64,000 bases of DNA from the NCBI GenBank assembly GCA_977017645.1, contig OZ360223.1, positions 215,574,001-215,638,000 on the forward strand, in the 5' to 3' direction. The notes beneath the pieces were generated by a model, which saw only the letters and a list, made by a program, of their open reading frames with translations, made no database searches and was not told where the DNA came from. Positions 1 to 11,765 of the stretch are shown in pieces. The position numbers were made by a program, and so were the translations under genes. The first letter of the stretch is position 1. Each line of letters opens with the position of its first letter. The stretch is from Torpedo marmorata. Lineage: Eukaryota.

Positions 1-673
1 AAGCAAGATGATTCTTTGGTTTAAAGTGTCATTGATTGACAGGCTAACTGCCTGCCAAAATCTGCCAAGCTGTGGATCATCTCATAGATGTTCTGTCTCT
101 CCTTGTTTACAGGGTGAAGTGACTTTATGTTCTCCTTAATGTCAACCGCTTCATTTCCTGAAAGTGGTATCCAGTGGTGTTGTACGAAATGCCAGTCCTT
201 AAATCCCTTGCCAAAGGAATCATTTATCACGTGTGACGATGGTAAATATTATCTGCTTGAATAATTGAGACATTGCCTCATGTCACAGATTTTCCAGAGG
301 AGATCACGTAATAATTTTTGTCTTCCTTTTCATTCGTTCAGAGTGCACTGAAGTTAATTGTAAGGTCTCAATGTGATCTCAGTTAAAATCTGACATGCAT
401 GACTCATGAGATACTTATCCACTTAGACAACAGGGAACCCATGAAGCTCTACTTATTTCTTAAATAGGCAAAGAACATATTATTAAATTGATGATCTGAT
501 GCACTAGATTCCCCTTGGTAACACCCTAATATGGTCCAACTCATCAGAATTTCAAAATGCCCAAAACCAATGTCCATTCCCTATCAAGGAATACTATACC
601 CTATTTTAGGGTAGTTTCTTATCTTCATTTATTACAACTGAAAAGTTCCTGCTTCTTCGTCAAAAATAACCTC

Positions 674-1602
674 TGTTATGGACCATGACTGACAATTTGG
701 ACTGCGGATGGTAAGCAGAAAGGATGAAGTCTTTTGGAGTACACACTGGGACCTGGTACTGAAGGAGTTAACTTGCCCAGGACTTCTTGTATTTACCAGA
801 GAGAGACATCAGGGGGAGACAAACTGTGGAAAGAGACTTGGGTGTGGAACTTTGGAAGAGGAAACACAGAGAAAACTTTCTCTGTATGAAGGCCTCAAGT
901 TCATTCGTGGAGAACTAAATCAGTGGCAGTTTTGGAGTTGCAAAGGAGGGAGAACTCAGCAGGATCCAGGCTTGTGCATCCCAGAGAAGAAGTTGGGAGA
1001 ATAGCACAGAGTCTCTTGAATCAGAAAAGTCCAGGCTTGTGCATCCCAGGGGAAACGGCTGGGGGAAATACAGGGCCTGGTGATTCAGCAAAATCCTGAG
1101 TTGTGAGAACAGCTTTTGTGAGGAACCGGCTGTGGGATCCAAGTACACGCCTTAATCCAAAACAGATCTGAATTCGAAATCCTTGTGAAAACACCAGAAG
1201 GGAAAGTCATCAGAGAAGAAAAGCAAGCCAAGTATTCGTAAGCATAAACAGTCATTGTCTCTCTCCAACATTCATTAAGAAGTCCTTCTTGCCAGCAACA
1301 CACAGCTGAATTTGGACCCTGAACATAGAGAGTGAATTTTTGTGGACTGTATTTTTGGGACTGACTTGTTTTTATGACTGACCTGGGGTTTTTGGGGAAA
1401 GTTTTTCCATTTTTACATGAGGGTTGGGCACAGACTGTAATAGTCTGGGCTTTACACACACACCCCTTTTAGATAAGAATAGTGTTTATAGTGGGGTTAA
1501 TTGTTGTGAAATTATATGTTTAATTGTCTTTAATAAATATAAATTTCAATTTTACCCCTTTTGCATTGCGTCTTCTGTCGTTGCTGGTTTGAATTTGTAA
1601 CA
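674..1602 (+). mobile_element. Solo LTR (probably Ty3/Gypsy)
   Basis: Starts TGTTA and ends TAACA (inverted termini). Flanked by 4-bp direct repeat CCTC (670-673, 1603-1606). AATAAA at 1532-1537. Internal duplication TCCAGGCTTGTGCATCCCAG (~965, ~1030). No internal gag/pol. Confidence 0.8.
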
Positions 1603-4294
1603 CCTCTCTTGATAATCATAATACATACATTATCAAAATCTCAATCAGAGTAGTACAATCCAACCTGAACCAATAGATCTGAATTTTAGCTTTAGCTAGC
1701 GCCCTGAAAAACAATTCTTTGTGCTCATTCTTTACATCACCGTTCATGTTACGAGCCAACTGTTCATTCCTGTTCAGAATGGGCATGGAGGTGTTACCAG
1801 TGGTGTTACCAGAGGCTAAACAATACGGTCAGGATTTTCAATTAAGATGATGTTTCTTGATCCAAGTCTGCAAAAACTGCCCAACTGCACTGAAGGACAA
1901 GGAAACACAACAGCTTCTCATACTCATTATATCAGAGGTGCACATAACCTTTTGCGTTATTTCAGAGGGCTTTATCCTTCACTCACCCAACTATAAAATA
2001 CTGTTTTAAGTAAACATTGAATTAAAATAATTTGCTTTTATAATTGTGCCTTCTTTCCAACTTTGCCATAACTTTTATCTGCTCTTGGAACCCAGAAACC
2101 AGTCTGAAAAGTTAACCATGAAAGGGAAAGGAATAAAAGTAAATGTCACTCGCAAAGTACAAATTAACCTTATTATTATTAATGAAAGAAAGTTTTTAAA
2201 AATCATCACAAGAAGCAGCTAATTTCTCAACCTTTCCATGCTCAGCCATCGAAACATGACATTGCATTGGACAGTCTCATCTCCTAGCATGCCACGGATC
2301 CACAAGTCAACCACAGCTTACAGTTTAAAGCCTTTGATTTGCTCTTGTGTATTTGTGTTCAGCTGATAAAGGCGAATGCAGAGCTAAAACCAGTACTATA
2401 ATGTGCATCTGCATATCAGTTCTGAAAATATTTATAGAGGGTGCCATTTATTCATAAACATTTCTGATTTCCCATGGCGATATGCCAGTACTTTCTAACA
2501 GAGAACTGTTTCCAGATACATTAAAATCCACTCAGTTTTGAGGGATGAGTGGAATGAATTTTGGGTCCAACCAATGCCGAAATGTCAACTTTTTGTTGCA
2601 TTGCCAAGCCAAGGTAAATGAAGAACTATTTCCATGTCATACTATTCCCATTAGTAGCCAACTTTAATTAAATTTTACCATGAGTAATCAGGAAATACAT
2701 TACAAAAATAACACCATTTACAAATTAAAGCATAACTTCTGCATAGATACAAATTTTAACATACAATAGTAATCATTCAATCTCCTCCCACCCCTGACTC
2801 ATAGAAGTTGCTTGGTTTTACAACTTCTTCCCAAAAATTAATGCTGCAATGCACAGTTCTCCATTAGAAAATACTGGCACATTGCCTCGGAAAATCAGAA
2901 ATGTTTATGAATAAATGGCAACCTCTATAATGCACTATATGGGAAATTGATGGAGATATTATGCTAAAGATATGGGATAAAAATAGATAATGTTATCAGC
3001 AGGTTAGGCAAAATTAAAGTTTCAGGTTGAAGATCCTTTGTCAGAATGATCCTATCTAAAGCCTGTTTGGAATACATTAAATACTTTTTGAATTGTAATG
3101 TTCTTTTGTTAAACAACATTGCATTACAAATAGATTTGATTGACTGGGGTGGTGTTGGACATTTAAAATATAAACTTGTTGCTATAGTGTGGAATGGTTT
3201 CTTCGGTTGGAATGGATAAGTCAGGAGTCTCACATGCAGCATAACTAATCTTTGGACTAGTCTTTCCGAAACAATTCAACAATTTACAAAACAGGACCAA
3301 GCCAGAATTCCACAGCATTGCATTACCTCTGGTTTTGGGAGCACATACTGCATATTCAGACAATTTCATCAGGAATAGTTCTTTAAGATTCTAAATTAAT
3401 GCAGTGCTACTTATTGCAAACCCTTTTGACTAACTAGCCTTAAATTATATTTTTACTCGGAAACAATATAGCCATGGGATACTGAAACCTACAGTAATCT
3501 TTCAAAATGGCTTAGATCCACAAAAGGGGACCCAAGAAGGAGGCCAACAAGAAGGGCAGGTTTAACTTCAAACGCATTCCAAAGAGCATTTTTTTTTCTT
3601 TTTTTTTTTAACTAAGTGTTAATGGACTTTGAGGGACAGAGAAAGTTTATTTCTTGTGCAGATTTGAGGGCTACCTGGTGCAGAGTATCTAAAAGTTAAT
3701 GAAGAAAATGATTAATTCTAAAGAAAGCTATCATCTATCCTCCTTTTTTGAAAGTATCCTGTGTTGTTTTTAAAAGACACAATGATGTTTGAAAGATGTA
3801 TATCTAGATATCGTAATGTGGCATGAAAAGGAAATGCGAGATTTAATTTTAAAAAGATTTCTACTTTCTGCTGAAAATAACATAAATTAATGTTGCTAAT
3901 ATCATTTGACCACACGTTTAATGCAGTCTCATAATATTCCTGTGTTTGCTATTTTAGGAGAGTGCGAGCTCATATAAATAGCAAATTTAAAACAGGAGAC
4001 TAAAGAACATCGTAAGAACATCACCAAATTTCTCGAATTACATCTTTTCAAACACAAATCTAAACTTACAGGAACGCAGATGACTACTCAATGAATCGTA
4101 GACTATACATAGTCCAATAAGAAATGTTCAAACATGAATGCAAATTAGTTAGTAAAACTACAAATATCTCATCCCAAAAATGGGAAGCACAAGATCCCCC
4201 TTATGAGGAGTGGCATTAATGCTCTCCACAAGGAAAGTAGAAGACCACATCCTATTGTGGAACGTAATTTTATCTCAATGCTCCATAATAAAGT

Positions 4295-4833
4295 CAAGTC
4301 ATGTTTATTATCATCTGATTGCACAAGTATAACCCGACGAAATGGTGTTCTCTGGTCCTCGGTGCAAAACACGCAGACACACAACTAGACATAACACACA
4401 TACAGACAGACAATACATATGCAGGACAAATATTCATGGATACAAATAAATAAATATAGTTTCCTAAGTATGAGAGTCTTGATTGGTTAGTGTGAGCAGT
4501 TCCTTTGGTCTTTCAGCATTCTCGCTGCCCGTGGGAAGAAGTTGTTTCTCAGCCTGGTGGTGCTAGCTCCGATACTCCTGTATCTCTTTCCCGATAGGAG
4601 CAGCTGAAAGATGCTGTGTGCAGGGTGGAAGGGGTCCTCAATGATTTTGTGAGCCATCTTCAGACAACGATCCCAGTAGATCACATTGATTGGGGGGGGG
4701 GGGAGGGCTGGGGGAGACTGCAGTGATCCTCTCTGCCACTCTAATGGTCCTGTGGATTGACCTCTGATCCATTTCCTCTGTAGCAACCGTACCACAATGT
4801 GATGTGGCCAGGACACTCTCGATAGAGCTCTCG
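4295..4833 (-). mobile_element. Rex1/Babar LINE, 5'-truncated 3' fragment
   Basis: Minus-strand ORF ends KIIEDPFHPAHSIFQLLLSGKRYRSIGASTTRLRNNFFPRAARML, the typical Rex1 C-terminus. A 3'UTR and short repeat tail follow. Possible TSD ATAAAGT (4288-4294, 4834-4840). Confidence 0.8.
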
Positions 4834-5209
4834 ATAAAGTGAACTTCATCATCACTCTTGGAATATGAAGGGAAAGTCTTTTCATTATCCACTGTTGGAG
4901 ACAGCAGCCTCTTTTTACTATCTCCATAAACTTCAACTCGTTAGAGCTCTTTGGTCAATGTCCCAGAGTTGCAGATCCTTCGGCTCTATCCTTTCTCATT
5001 TTCTGCTCACTTTCTGTAACTCAGCAACATCCTGCTCTTCTTTTAAAACCCCTCAATTGTTTTACTGCATTCTATCTGAACGACTTCCATGCAACTTCCA
5101 TTCCAATTGTTGCCTACCTCCTATGGTTTATCCCAAAGGCCTGACTCTATGAGAAGAGAAAAAATAAAGCCTTGCATTTTATGCTGCTTTGCAAAATAAG
5201 TGTTTTGCC

Positions 5210-6135
5210 AGCAATGGTACTTTAAACACGTGATCAATTGTTGTAAAACATGAAAAACTGCAGCCAATCTCCAACAAGTAATGATGTAGAAATGACCAGA
5301 TAATCCATCTTTCAAAGTAATATAGACTGGGGAAGAAATATTTGCCAGAATACCTGGAAGAATTCCCTGCTCTTCTTCATTGGATATGTAATGTCTGTAC
5401 ATGGTTATGTTCAAAAATTCAAGATTTTTGGTTGAAAGTTAAGAATTTTTTAGAAAGAATTTTTAATGTTGGATTTACAATGGATCCTATGTTATTTTTA
5501 TTTGGAGATATTAAAAAATTTAGTATTAGAAATAGATTAAATATGTATCAAATAGAATTTCTACGTATAATATTAGCAGTTTCAAAAAAGTGTATAGCTA
5601 TTACTTGGAAGTCGGATGTGGATTTAAATTTAGAACGATGGCATGCAGAGTTACGTTCATGTATACCTTTAGAAAAAATTACTTATAATTTGCGAAATAA
5701 ATATCATTCTTTTTTGAAAATTTGGGGCCCATATATGAGGATTATGGGTTTAACAATGTAAACTCTCTGGATATCAGATCCATTGGCGAAAATAACCTCT
5801 AAGGTAAATTAGTTTTAAGTTTGTTGTCTCCTCATTCTATTTTTCTATCTTTCTTTTTTCCTTTCTCTTTACTATATTATTATTTTTAGAGTAGTGGGGA
5901 TATAAGGGTTAGGGTGGGGAGGGAGGGTGGGGAGGGTGGGGAGGGAGGGTGGGGAGGGTGGGAAGGGGGGGAGAAAATGTAAATCACATGTATTTTTCTT
6001 TGAAATATATGCAAAATTATTTTATGTAATTTGTGATTTAAAAATTTAAATAAAATATTTTTTTTTAAAAAAGGATATGTAATGTTGAGCTGAGGAAGGG
6101 CCTCAGTTTAACAGCTCATCTGAAAGACAGACATT
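5210..6135 (-). mobile_element. Ancient Deu-domain SINE (SacSINE1/AmnSINE-like), split by an L1
   Basis: Resembles the recalled Deu core (AATGACCAGATAATC...ATATTTGCCAG...CCCTGCTCTTCTTC...GGGCCTCAGTTTAAC..CTCATCTGAAAGACAG). The two halves rejoin when 5395-6085 is removed. Confidence 0.65.
5395..6072 (+). mobile_element. L1 LINE, 5'-truncated (ORF2 C-terminus, G-rich 3'UTR, A/T tail)
   Basis: ORF 5342-5761 contains WLCSKIQDFW...LAVSKKCIAITWK...LEKITY...FLKIWGPY. G-run tract at 5905-5971, then AATAAA and tail. 13-bp TSD GGATATGTAATGT (5382-5394, 6073-6085). Confidence 0.88.
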
Positions 6136-6199
6136 TCCCATTGAATCCCCAAATGTTTGACTTTGTCAGCTATCACTTGCCTTAAAATGCCTCCTCAAA

Positions 6200-6430
6200 A
6201 CCATTTTCTCCACCTGTTCTTTCAGCCTAACCCCTCAAATTGTTCCTTCCTCCTCATTGATTGCTTGATGTCTCTCATTCTGCTTATTCCTCGAAGAAAG
6301 GCTCAGGCCCGAAACGTCGGCAATATATCTTTGTCAAATCCTATGGCTGCTGCAAAGACCGGCTGAGTTCCTCCAGCATTTCGGTGTGTTGTTACTACAA
6401 TCACAGTGTCTGCAGACTTTCGTGCTTCAC
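6200..6430 (+). mobile_element. Penelope-like element 3' end (pLTR fragment)
   Basis: GAAGAAAGGCTCAGGCCCGAAACGTCGG...CTGAGTTCCTCCAGCATTT...TCTGCAGACTTTCGTG is homologous to the 3' end of the GIY-YIG-bearing copy at 8709-9798. Confidence 0.75.
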
Positions 6431-6999
6431 TCTGATGTCTCTCATCTTCCACTCTGTTAGGCATGCATTTTACCTGAGCTTTCCCTATTGTGATATTTAA
6501 GAGCGGGAAACTTAAAAAGAAAAGTTGGCATTACCATTCAGTTGGTACAGCTTATCTGAAATGTAAATGGTTCAACCCACACCGCCACATATAGGATGCA
6601 TGACTGCAACATTTCATTTCCTCTCAGTCACATTCTATTCATCCAACTCCTTTCTTCAACTACTCTGCCCCAATTGTCTGGAAATAGTTACTTTATTAAT
6701 TCAATCTTAAGTTCTGTTCAAACTTCTTGAAGACCAACTTCTTGGTGGTGCTTTCCTCACTTGCCATAAACCTTCTTCCCTGGTATTCCTGCAGAGCCAC
6801 GCATTCCTGAAGCTGCTTATAATTGCAGACTTTATGGAAATGGCAGGTTCTGTGAAAGTTATTCTACTTTTATCCATGCTTATTGGCCTAGAAGATCCTC
6901 AATTCCATATATTCCAAAATTTATGTTGCCTCCCACAAACATTCTAACTAAAGAGGAATTAACATGGGCATTTCCCGGGACATAACTTACCTGAAGACC

Positions 7000-7402
7000 C
7001 ACAGGAGACAGCAGATGCTGGAATCTGAAGCTAAACACACTCTGCTGAAAGAACTCAGCAGATCCAGCAGCATCAGAAGGAGGGGAAAAAAATGGTCAAT
7101 GTTTCGAGCCAAAATCCTTCATCAAGATCATTTACCTAGTCTGGAATATAATGGAAAACTGGGTGCCAATAGTAGAGTTATCAGTGAGCATGCTCGTCTT
7201 CTCTGCCATGACAGCTTGCTCCTCTTGTGCCTTCCACTGTTATATAGTTTAAATTCTGAATTGCAAAGCAAATAAAAGGCCAACAGGAGCCACAGGAGAG
7301 ACTGCAGATGCTGGAATCTGGAGCAAAACACACTCTGCTGAACGAACTCAGTGGGTCAAGCATCAGTGCGGGAAAAACATTGTCAGTGTTGTGGGCCAGA
7401 AC
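7000..7402 (-). mobile_element. Two Penelope-like 3' end fragments (7000-7128, 7290-7402)
   Basis: Each begins CACAGGAGA(GA)C..CAGATGCTGGAATCTG.AGC.AAACACACTCTGCTGAA.GAACTCAG, the reverse of the PLE terminus. Confidence 0.7.
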
Positions 7403-7454
7403 CAATCTCCAAACATAACCACAAAAACTAGACACAAATTTCCTCCACACGCTA

Positions 7455-7670
7455 GGGTTGCAGCCTTTCAGCTGTGACTTTAAAATCAGAACCCTTTCTA
7501 CCTGCTCATGACACGACATGAAGACAACCAGTGGAGTATTCCCAAGTCTCCTGGCCAACATGCATCACTGAACCAATGTCACTTAAAACAAATTGTCTGG
7601 TCATTATCACATAGCATTCACATTAAAAAAAACACAAAGGCTGCTGAGTGTTTTGAGAAGTTGTGAGATA
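7455..7670 (+). mobile_element. Degenerate Deu-domain SINE
   Basis: GCCTTTCAG.TGTGAC.TTAAA...CTCCTGGCCAACAT...GTCACTTAAAACAAATTGTCTGGTCATTATCACAT is reverse-complement similar to the copy at 5210-6135. Confidence 0.55.
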
Positions 7671-7859
7671 GTGAATATAAAATTTAAGTTTTTCCTTTTT
7701 TGTTGGGAAGGAAAAATTTGAATACGTGGATGGGGTGAGGATCTAAGAAATCTCGGGCGTACTGAGGCTGACAGCATTGTGGTTAAATATAGTGCAGGTC
7801 TCAGCAAGAAAAACAATAGATTGCCAAACAGCTGTGCAAATTTAAGGTAAATAAGTCTC

Positions 7860-8285
7860 AGGGGTCAAATAAAGTGCCTCCAAGGATCCTTAAGGAAATA
7901 ACGAAGGAAATTGCGAGAACTTTGGCACAAATCTTCTGAAACTCTGAATACTGTTGAGGTGCCGGGGTCAGATAAAAGGCAGATGTTACGCCTACTTTTT
8001 AAAAAGGCGGGAAAAGTGACCCAGGAAACTGCAGATCTCTGAAATTGACATCCAACCCAAGTTAATTGATGGAAACCCATATTAAAGATCATGGATCATG
8101 AAGATATTAATAATAAAAAAATCCAGTATGGGGTTAGGAGAAAAGGTCTTGCCAAATGAATGTTGGTTTTGTTTAAGGGTGCAACAAAGTTCATTGACGC
8201 AAGGCAGTGGATGTGGTGTATTCTGATTTCATGAAAGCCTTCGACGCTGTTCTTCCAGAAAATTTGGTACCATAAATAAAGTGGG
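7860..8285 (+). mobile_element. Degenerate CR1 LINE RT fragment
   Basis: Similar to the CR1 at 50100-50530 (GCAGTGGATGTGGTGTATTCTGATTTC...AAAGCCTTCGAC, corresponding to AVDVVY.DF.KAFD). Confidence 0.65.
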
Positions 8286-8394
8286 AGTCAGTGGAGATAT
8301 TACGAGGCTTCTTTTGTATCATGGCTTCATAGATGATTTGCAGATACGAAGAAACAAAAAGAATGGACATAAGATACTGAAGAGTGGTGGATTC

Positions 8395-8545
8395 CAAAAC
8401 TAAACAGGCTAAACAATTGCACTCAGTGTGACCAATTCCAGATTGGAAGACTGTTTCACCGAACACCTCCACTCTGGCTGTGGATCTAAGCTGAACTTCC
8501 TGTGGCCAACCATTTCAATTCCACTCACCATTCCCACTGAGTGTC
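8395..8545 (+). mobile_element. Old Penelope GIY-YIG fragment
   Basis: GATTGGAAGACTGTTTCACCGAACACCTCC...GTGGCCAACCATTTCAATTCC parallels 9270-9350. Confidence 0.6.
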
Positions 8546-8708
8546 AGTCTAACTTTCTTCTTTCTAAATCAGTAGGATGAGTATTCAAGCTCCATTCTGG
8601 GGCCCAGCCATTTTAATGCAGACAGAGTGGTTATCCTTCTTTGAAATAAGCATTAAAGGGAAACCTCCACTATCTACCATAGCAGTGTGCATGACCAATA
8701 GAAGCTTC

Positions 8709-9798
8709 CATCCCCTTCTCTCAATTTCTCCGTCTCCGCCGCATCTGTTCCCAAGATGAGGTCTTCGAGTCCAGATCTTCTGAAATGTCTGCCTTTTTCC
8801 ACAAACGTGGCTTCCCCTCCATCACCATCAACTCAGCCCTCACCCACATCTCCTCCATTTCCCGCTCATCTGCCCTGGCCCCCTCTGCCCCCAGACGCAA
8901 CAAACATAGAATCCCCCTCATCCTCACCTACCACACCACCAGCCTCCGCATCCAACACATTATCCGCCGGAATTTCCGGCACTTACTACAAGATCCCACC
9001 ACCAGACACATTTTTCCTTCTCCTCCCCTCTCGGCCTTCCACAGGGACCGCTCCCTCTGCGATTCCCTCGTGCACTCATCCCTCCCCACCCATCGCACCC
9101 CCAGCACCTTCCCGTGTGTCCGCAGGAGGTGCAACACCTGCGCCCACACCTCCCCCCTCACCACGGTCCAGGGCCCCAAACAGGCCTTCCAAGTGAAACT
9201 TCCAGAGAACTTATTTACTGCATCCGGTGCTCCTTTTGTGGCATTCTCTACATCGGAGAGACTGGTCGTAGATTGGGAGATCGCTTCGCTGAGCACCTCC
9301 TCTCCGTCCACAACAACAGCGACCTCCCAGTAGCCAACCATTTCAATTCCGAGTCACACTCCCACACTCAGATGTCTGTCCATGGCCTTATGTACTATCC
9401 CACCCAGACTACCCGCAAATTGGAAGAACAACATCTTATTTTACGTCTGGGCACTCTCCAGCCAGATGGCATTAACTGACTTTTTTGCTTTCCACTAAAC
9501 CTGCTCACCTTTTCCTTCCCCTCCCCCCTGTCCTGTCCTTCCAGTTCTTCCACCCACCCAGCCATCCCTCCTCCCCCTCTTTGCTGCTGTCCCCTCCCTC
9601 CTTTCTCCACCTATCATCTCCTGCCTTTGCCACCCCCCCCTTCCCCCCTCACTCTTTTGTTCAGATGCCTGCTGGCATTTTCTCATACTTTGATGAAGGG
9701 CTCAAGCCCGAAACGTCAGTTATGTATTTCTACCTTTGCTACATAAAATACACTGTTTGACCTGCTGAGCTTCTCCAGCATTTGTGCTTTTTATTTAT
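8709..9798 (+). mobile_element. Penelope-like retroelement, 5'-truncated (RT thumb, linker, GIY-YIG endonuclease, 3' pLTR)
   Basis: Overlapping ORFs 8785-9333 (IPLILTYH...CVRRRCNTC) and 9114-9479 (LIYCIRCSFCGILYIGETGRRLGDRFAEH...PVANHFN...RKLEEQHLILRLGTLQPDGIN) give GIY-YIG with one frameshift. 15-bp TSD ACCAATAGAAGCTTC (8694-8708, 9799-9813). Confidence 0.92.
9685..9725 (+). ncRNA. Minimal type I hammerhead-ribozyme-like motif in the Penelope pLTR
   Basis: TTGATGA-A-GGGC(TCAA)GCCC-GAAA-CGTC has the core boxes (C3 replaced by U), a 4-bp stem II, a palindromic ACGT stem III and a GUC site. The same motif occurs on the minus strand at 43712-43747. Confidence 0.6.
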
Positions 9799-10203
9799 AC
9801 CAATAGAAGCTTCACGGTACTATTTGAAGAAAAGAAATGTCTAAGTGTCTTAACCAATATTAATCTTTAAGTAACATTTATGTTATAGTATATATTGGTG
9901 TTGCATAGTATCCAATTTGCATGCTTGTTTGCATAAAAAGAGTCACCCACTTCAAATTAACATTGTAGAGAAATGATTTGAGATGTGCCTTAGACATTAT
10001 AAAAATCTGCCTTGCTTGAGCAAACAATGAGTTGCTGGAGAAAATCTGCGACAGGCAGTATTTATGGGTAGGAATGGTCAGTCAATGTTTCGGGTCAGAA
10101 CCCTTTGATTGAGACTTTGTTTCTCTCTATGGCTTCCTTTCTTTCTCATTTACAGCTGGGCATGGACTTTGCAAATTTAACAATCTTGTGTTGCTTCTGT
10201 ATC

Positions 10204-11068
10204 GCCCCTTTCACACTGATCCTAGTAATTGATGGCCGATTTACCGTTTAATGGTCCAGTGTGAAAGCGAATTAATTGGCACACCGGCGTCATATCACAC
10301 CGGGAATGGACGGCCTCGACCCCTAATCTCATCGTCAACTGACGCCTGTGTGCCGATTAGCCCAGTGTGAAAGGGACACTTACTATTCAGGGGCAAAGTA
10401 GTGACGCTTTGATGACGTTTTTGCGTGAATGCAGGAATGTGAAGGAAACAAAAGATTAAAAAGGTATAAACTTTGGCGACCTACATAAACCTTTATAAAT
10501 TTCTAAAGAACCGTGGGAAAGTCACAGCGGGAGAGAGAGAAAGCGATGGTGGACCTGCCCTCCCAGAATTCCATACGGCAGAGAAACACCTCCATGCGTG
10601 CTCCGTGCATACAGCTCTTTCTCTGCCGCACGGAATTCTGGGAGGGCAGGTCCGCCATCGCTCATTCCCATGGTCTTTATAAATTGTGTGCTATTGTTCC
10701 CACGCTCTTTATAAATTGTGCGCTATTGTTCCCACAGACTTTATAAATTGTCCGCTATTGCAGCTACAACTTTCCCACGGTCCTTTATAAATTTATAAAG
10801 GTTTATATAGGTTGGCACAACAACAGGGGCTGAACCGCTCATACTGTGCTGTACATGATCAGGATTTAGGGCAGGTCCACCATCGCTCGATGCGTCACTC
10901 AGACGTCACCGGTAGAAGGTAGACCCTCCTATCCCTGGGGATGACTTGTGGTGAATGTGAAAGGATGCAGTGTCCCGGTTAACAGTGGCCCAGTGTGAAC
11001 AGCAAAAACGGCTTCTTTAACTGGGACACTGAACGGCCAATTTACTGGTTAGCCAATGCGAAAGAGGC
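10204..11068. mobile_element. Non-autonomous DNA transposon, PIF/Harbinger-like MITE
   Basis: Termini GCCCCTTTCACACTG and CAATGCGAAAGAGGC form an imperfect TIR. Repeated subterminal CCAGTGTGAA. Internal inverted repeat 10475-10522 vs 10768-10815. Three ~29-bp tandem units at 10675-10760. Confidence 0.65.
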
Positions 11069-11514
11069 TTTTGTTTCTCTCTATGCCTTCCTTTCTTTCT
11101 CATTTACAACTGGGCATGGACTTTGCAAACTTAACAATCATTTGTTGCTTCTCTGTCTGTCGCAGTGAACGTCTCAAGTACTCCTTTGAACAAACCCTCT
11201 GTTACAATAGTTAATAATTGCTACCTACAATCTACAAATGTCAATCATTTTCATTACCTTTGTATTTTTGAGAACCATCTCAACATCAAGCATTTTGGGG
11301 GTAGTTGCATCAGAGGCAGAATGAGATGAAGTGCATATCTGGAACCTCCCCAAAAAGAGTCTCTGGACTACTTCTGCATTTCGTTGGTCTGACATTCTCA
11401 AACTCCCCAGCAATGAAAGTTGACTGCTATTGGAACAAAGTAGCCACCTACATGTCTATTGCTGTTACGTTGAGCATTTCTGTGCTACAAGATTACACAG
11501 TCTTTGGATATGAA

Positions 11515-11765
11515 TTTTTTTTTTTTTAAATTTAGACATACAGCACGGCAACAGGCCATTTCGGCCCACGAGCCTATGCTGCCCAATTATGCCCAATTAA
11601 CCTACAACCCCCGGTACGTTTCGAATGGTGGGCGGAAACCGGAGCCCCTGGGGAAAGTCCATGCAGACACGGGGAGAATGTACAAACGTACAAACTCCTT
11701 ACAGACAGCGCAGGATTCGAACCCCGGTCCCGATCGCTGGCGCTAACCACTACGCTAACCGTGCC
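11515..11765 (-). mobile_element. tRNA-derived V-SINE (HE1-like)
   Basis: Reverse strand reads GGCACGGTTAGCGTAGTGGTTAGC...GGTTCGAATCC (A/B boxes), the V-domain and a CR1-like tail GGCCTGTTGCCGTGCTGTATGTCTAAATTT. Confidence 0.85.

Larger units (their letters stand above)
8620..9990 (+). mobile_element. Ancient Deu-domain SINE split by a Penelope insertion
   Basis: The flanks of the Penelope copy rejoin as ...TAGAAGCTTCACGGTACTATTTGAAGAAAAG...GTGTCTTAACCAATATT..., matching the recalled Deu core. Confidence 0.5.

Noticed and set aside
33-42. PBX-MEIS/PREP decamer TGATTGACAG
   Set aside because: A single 10-mer is plausible by chance in 64 kb and needs conservation data.
11700-11765. tRNA genes at the V-SINE heads (also ~13900, ~40320, ~42323)
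   Set aside because: A and B boxes are present but there is no complete cloverleaf, and each continues into the SINE body.
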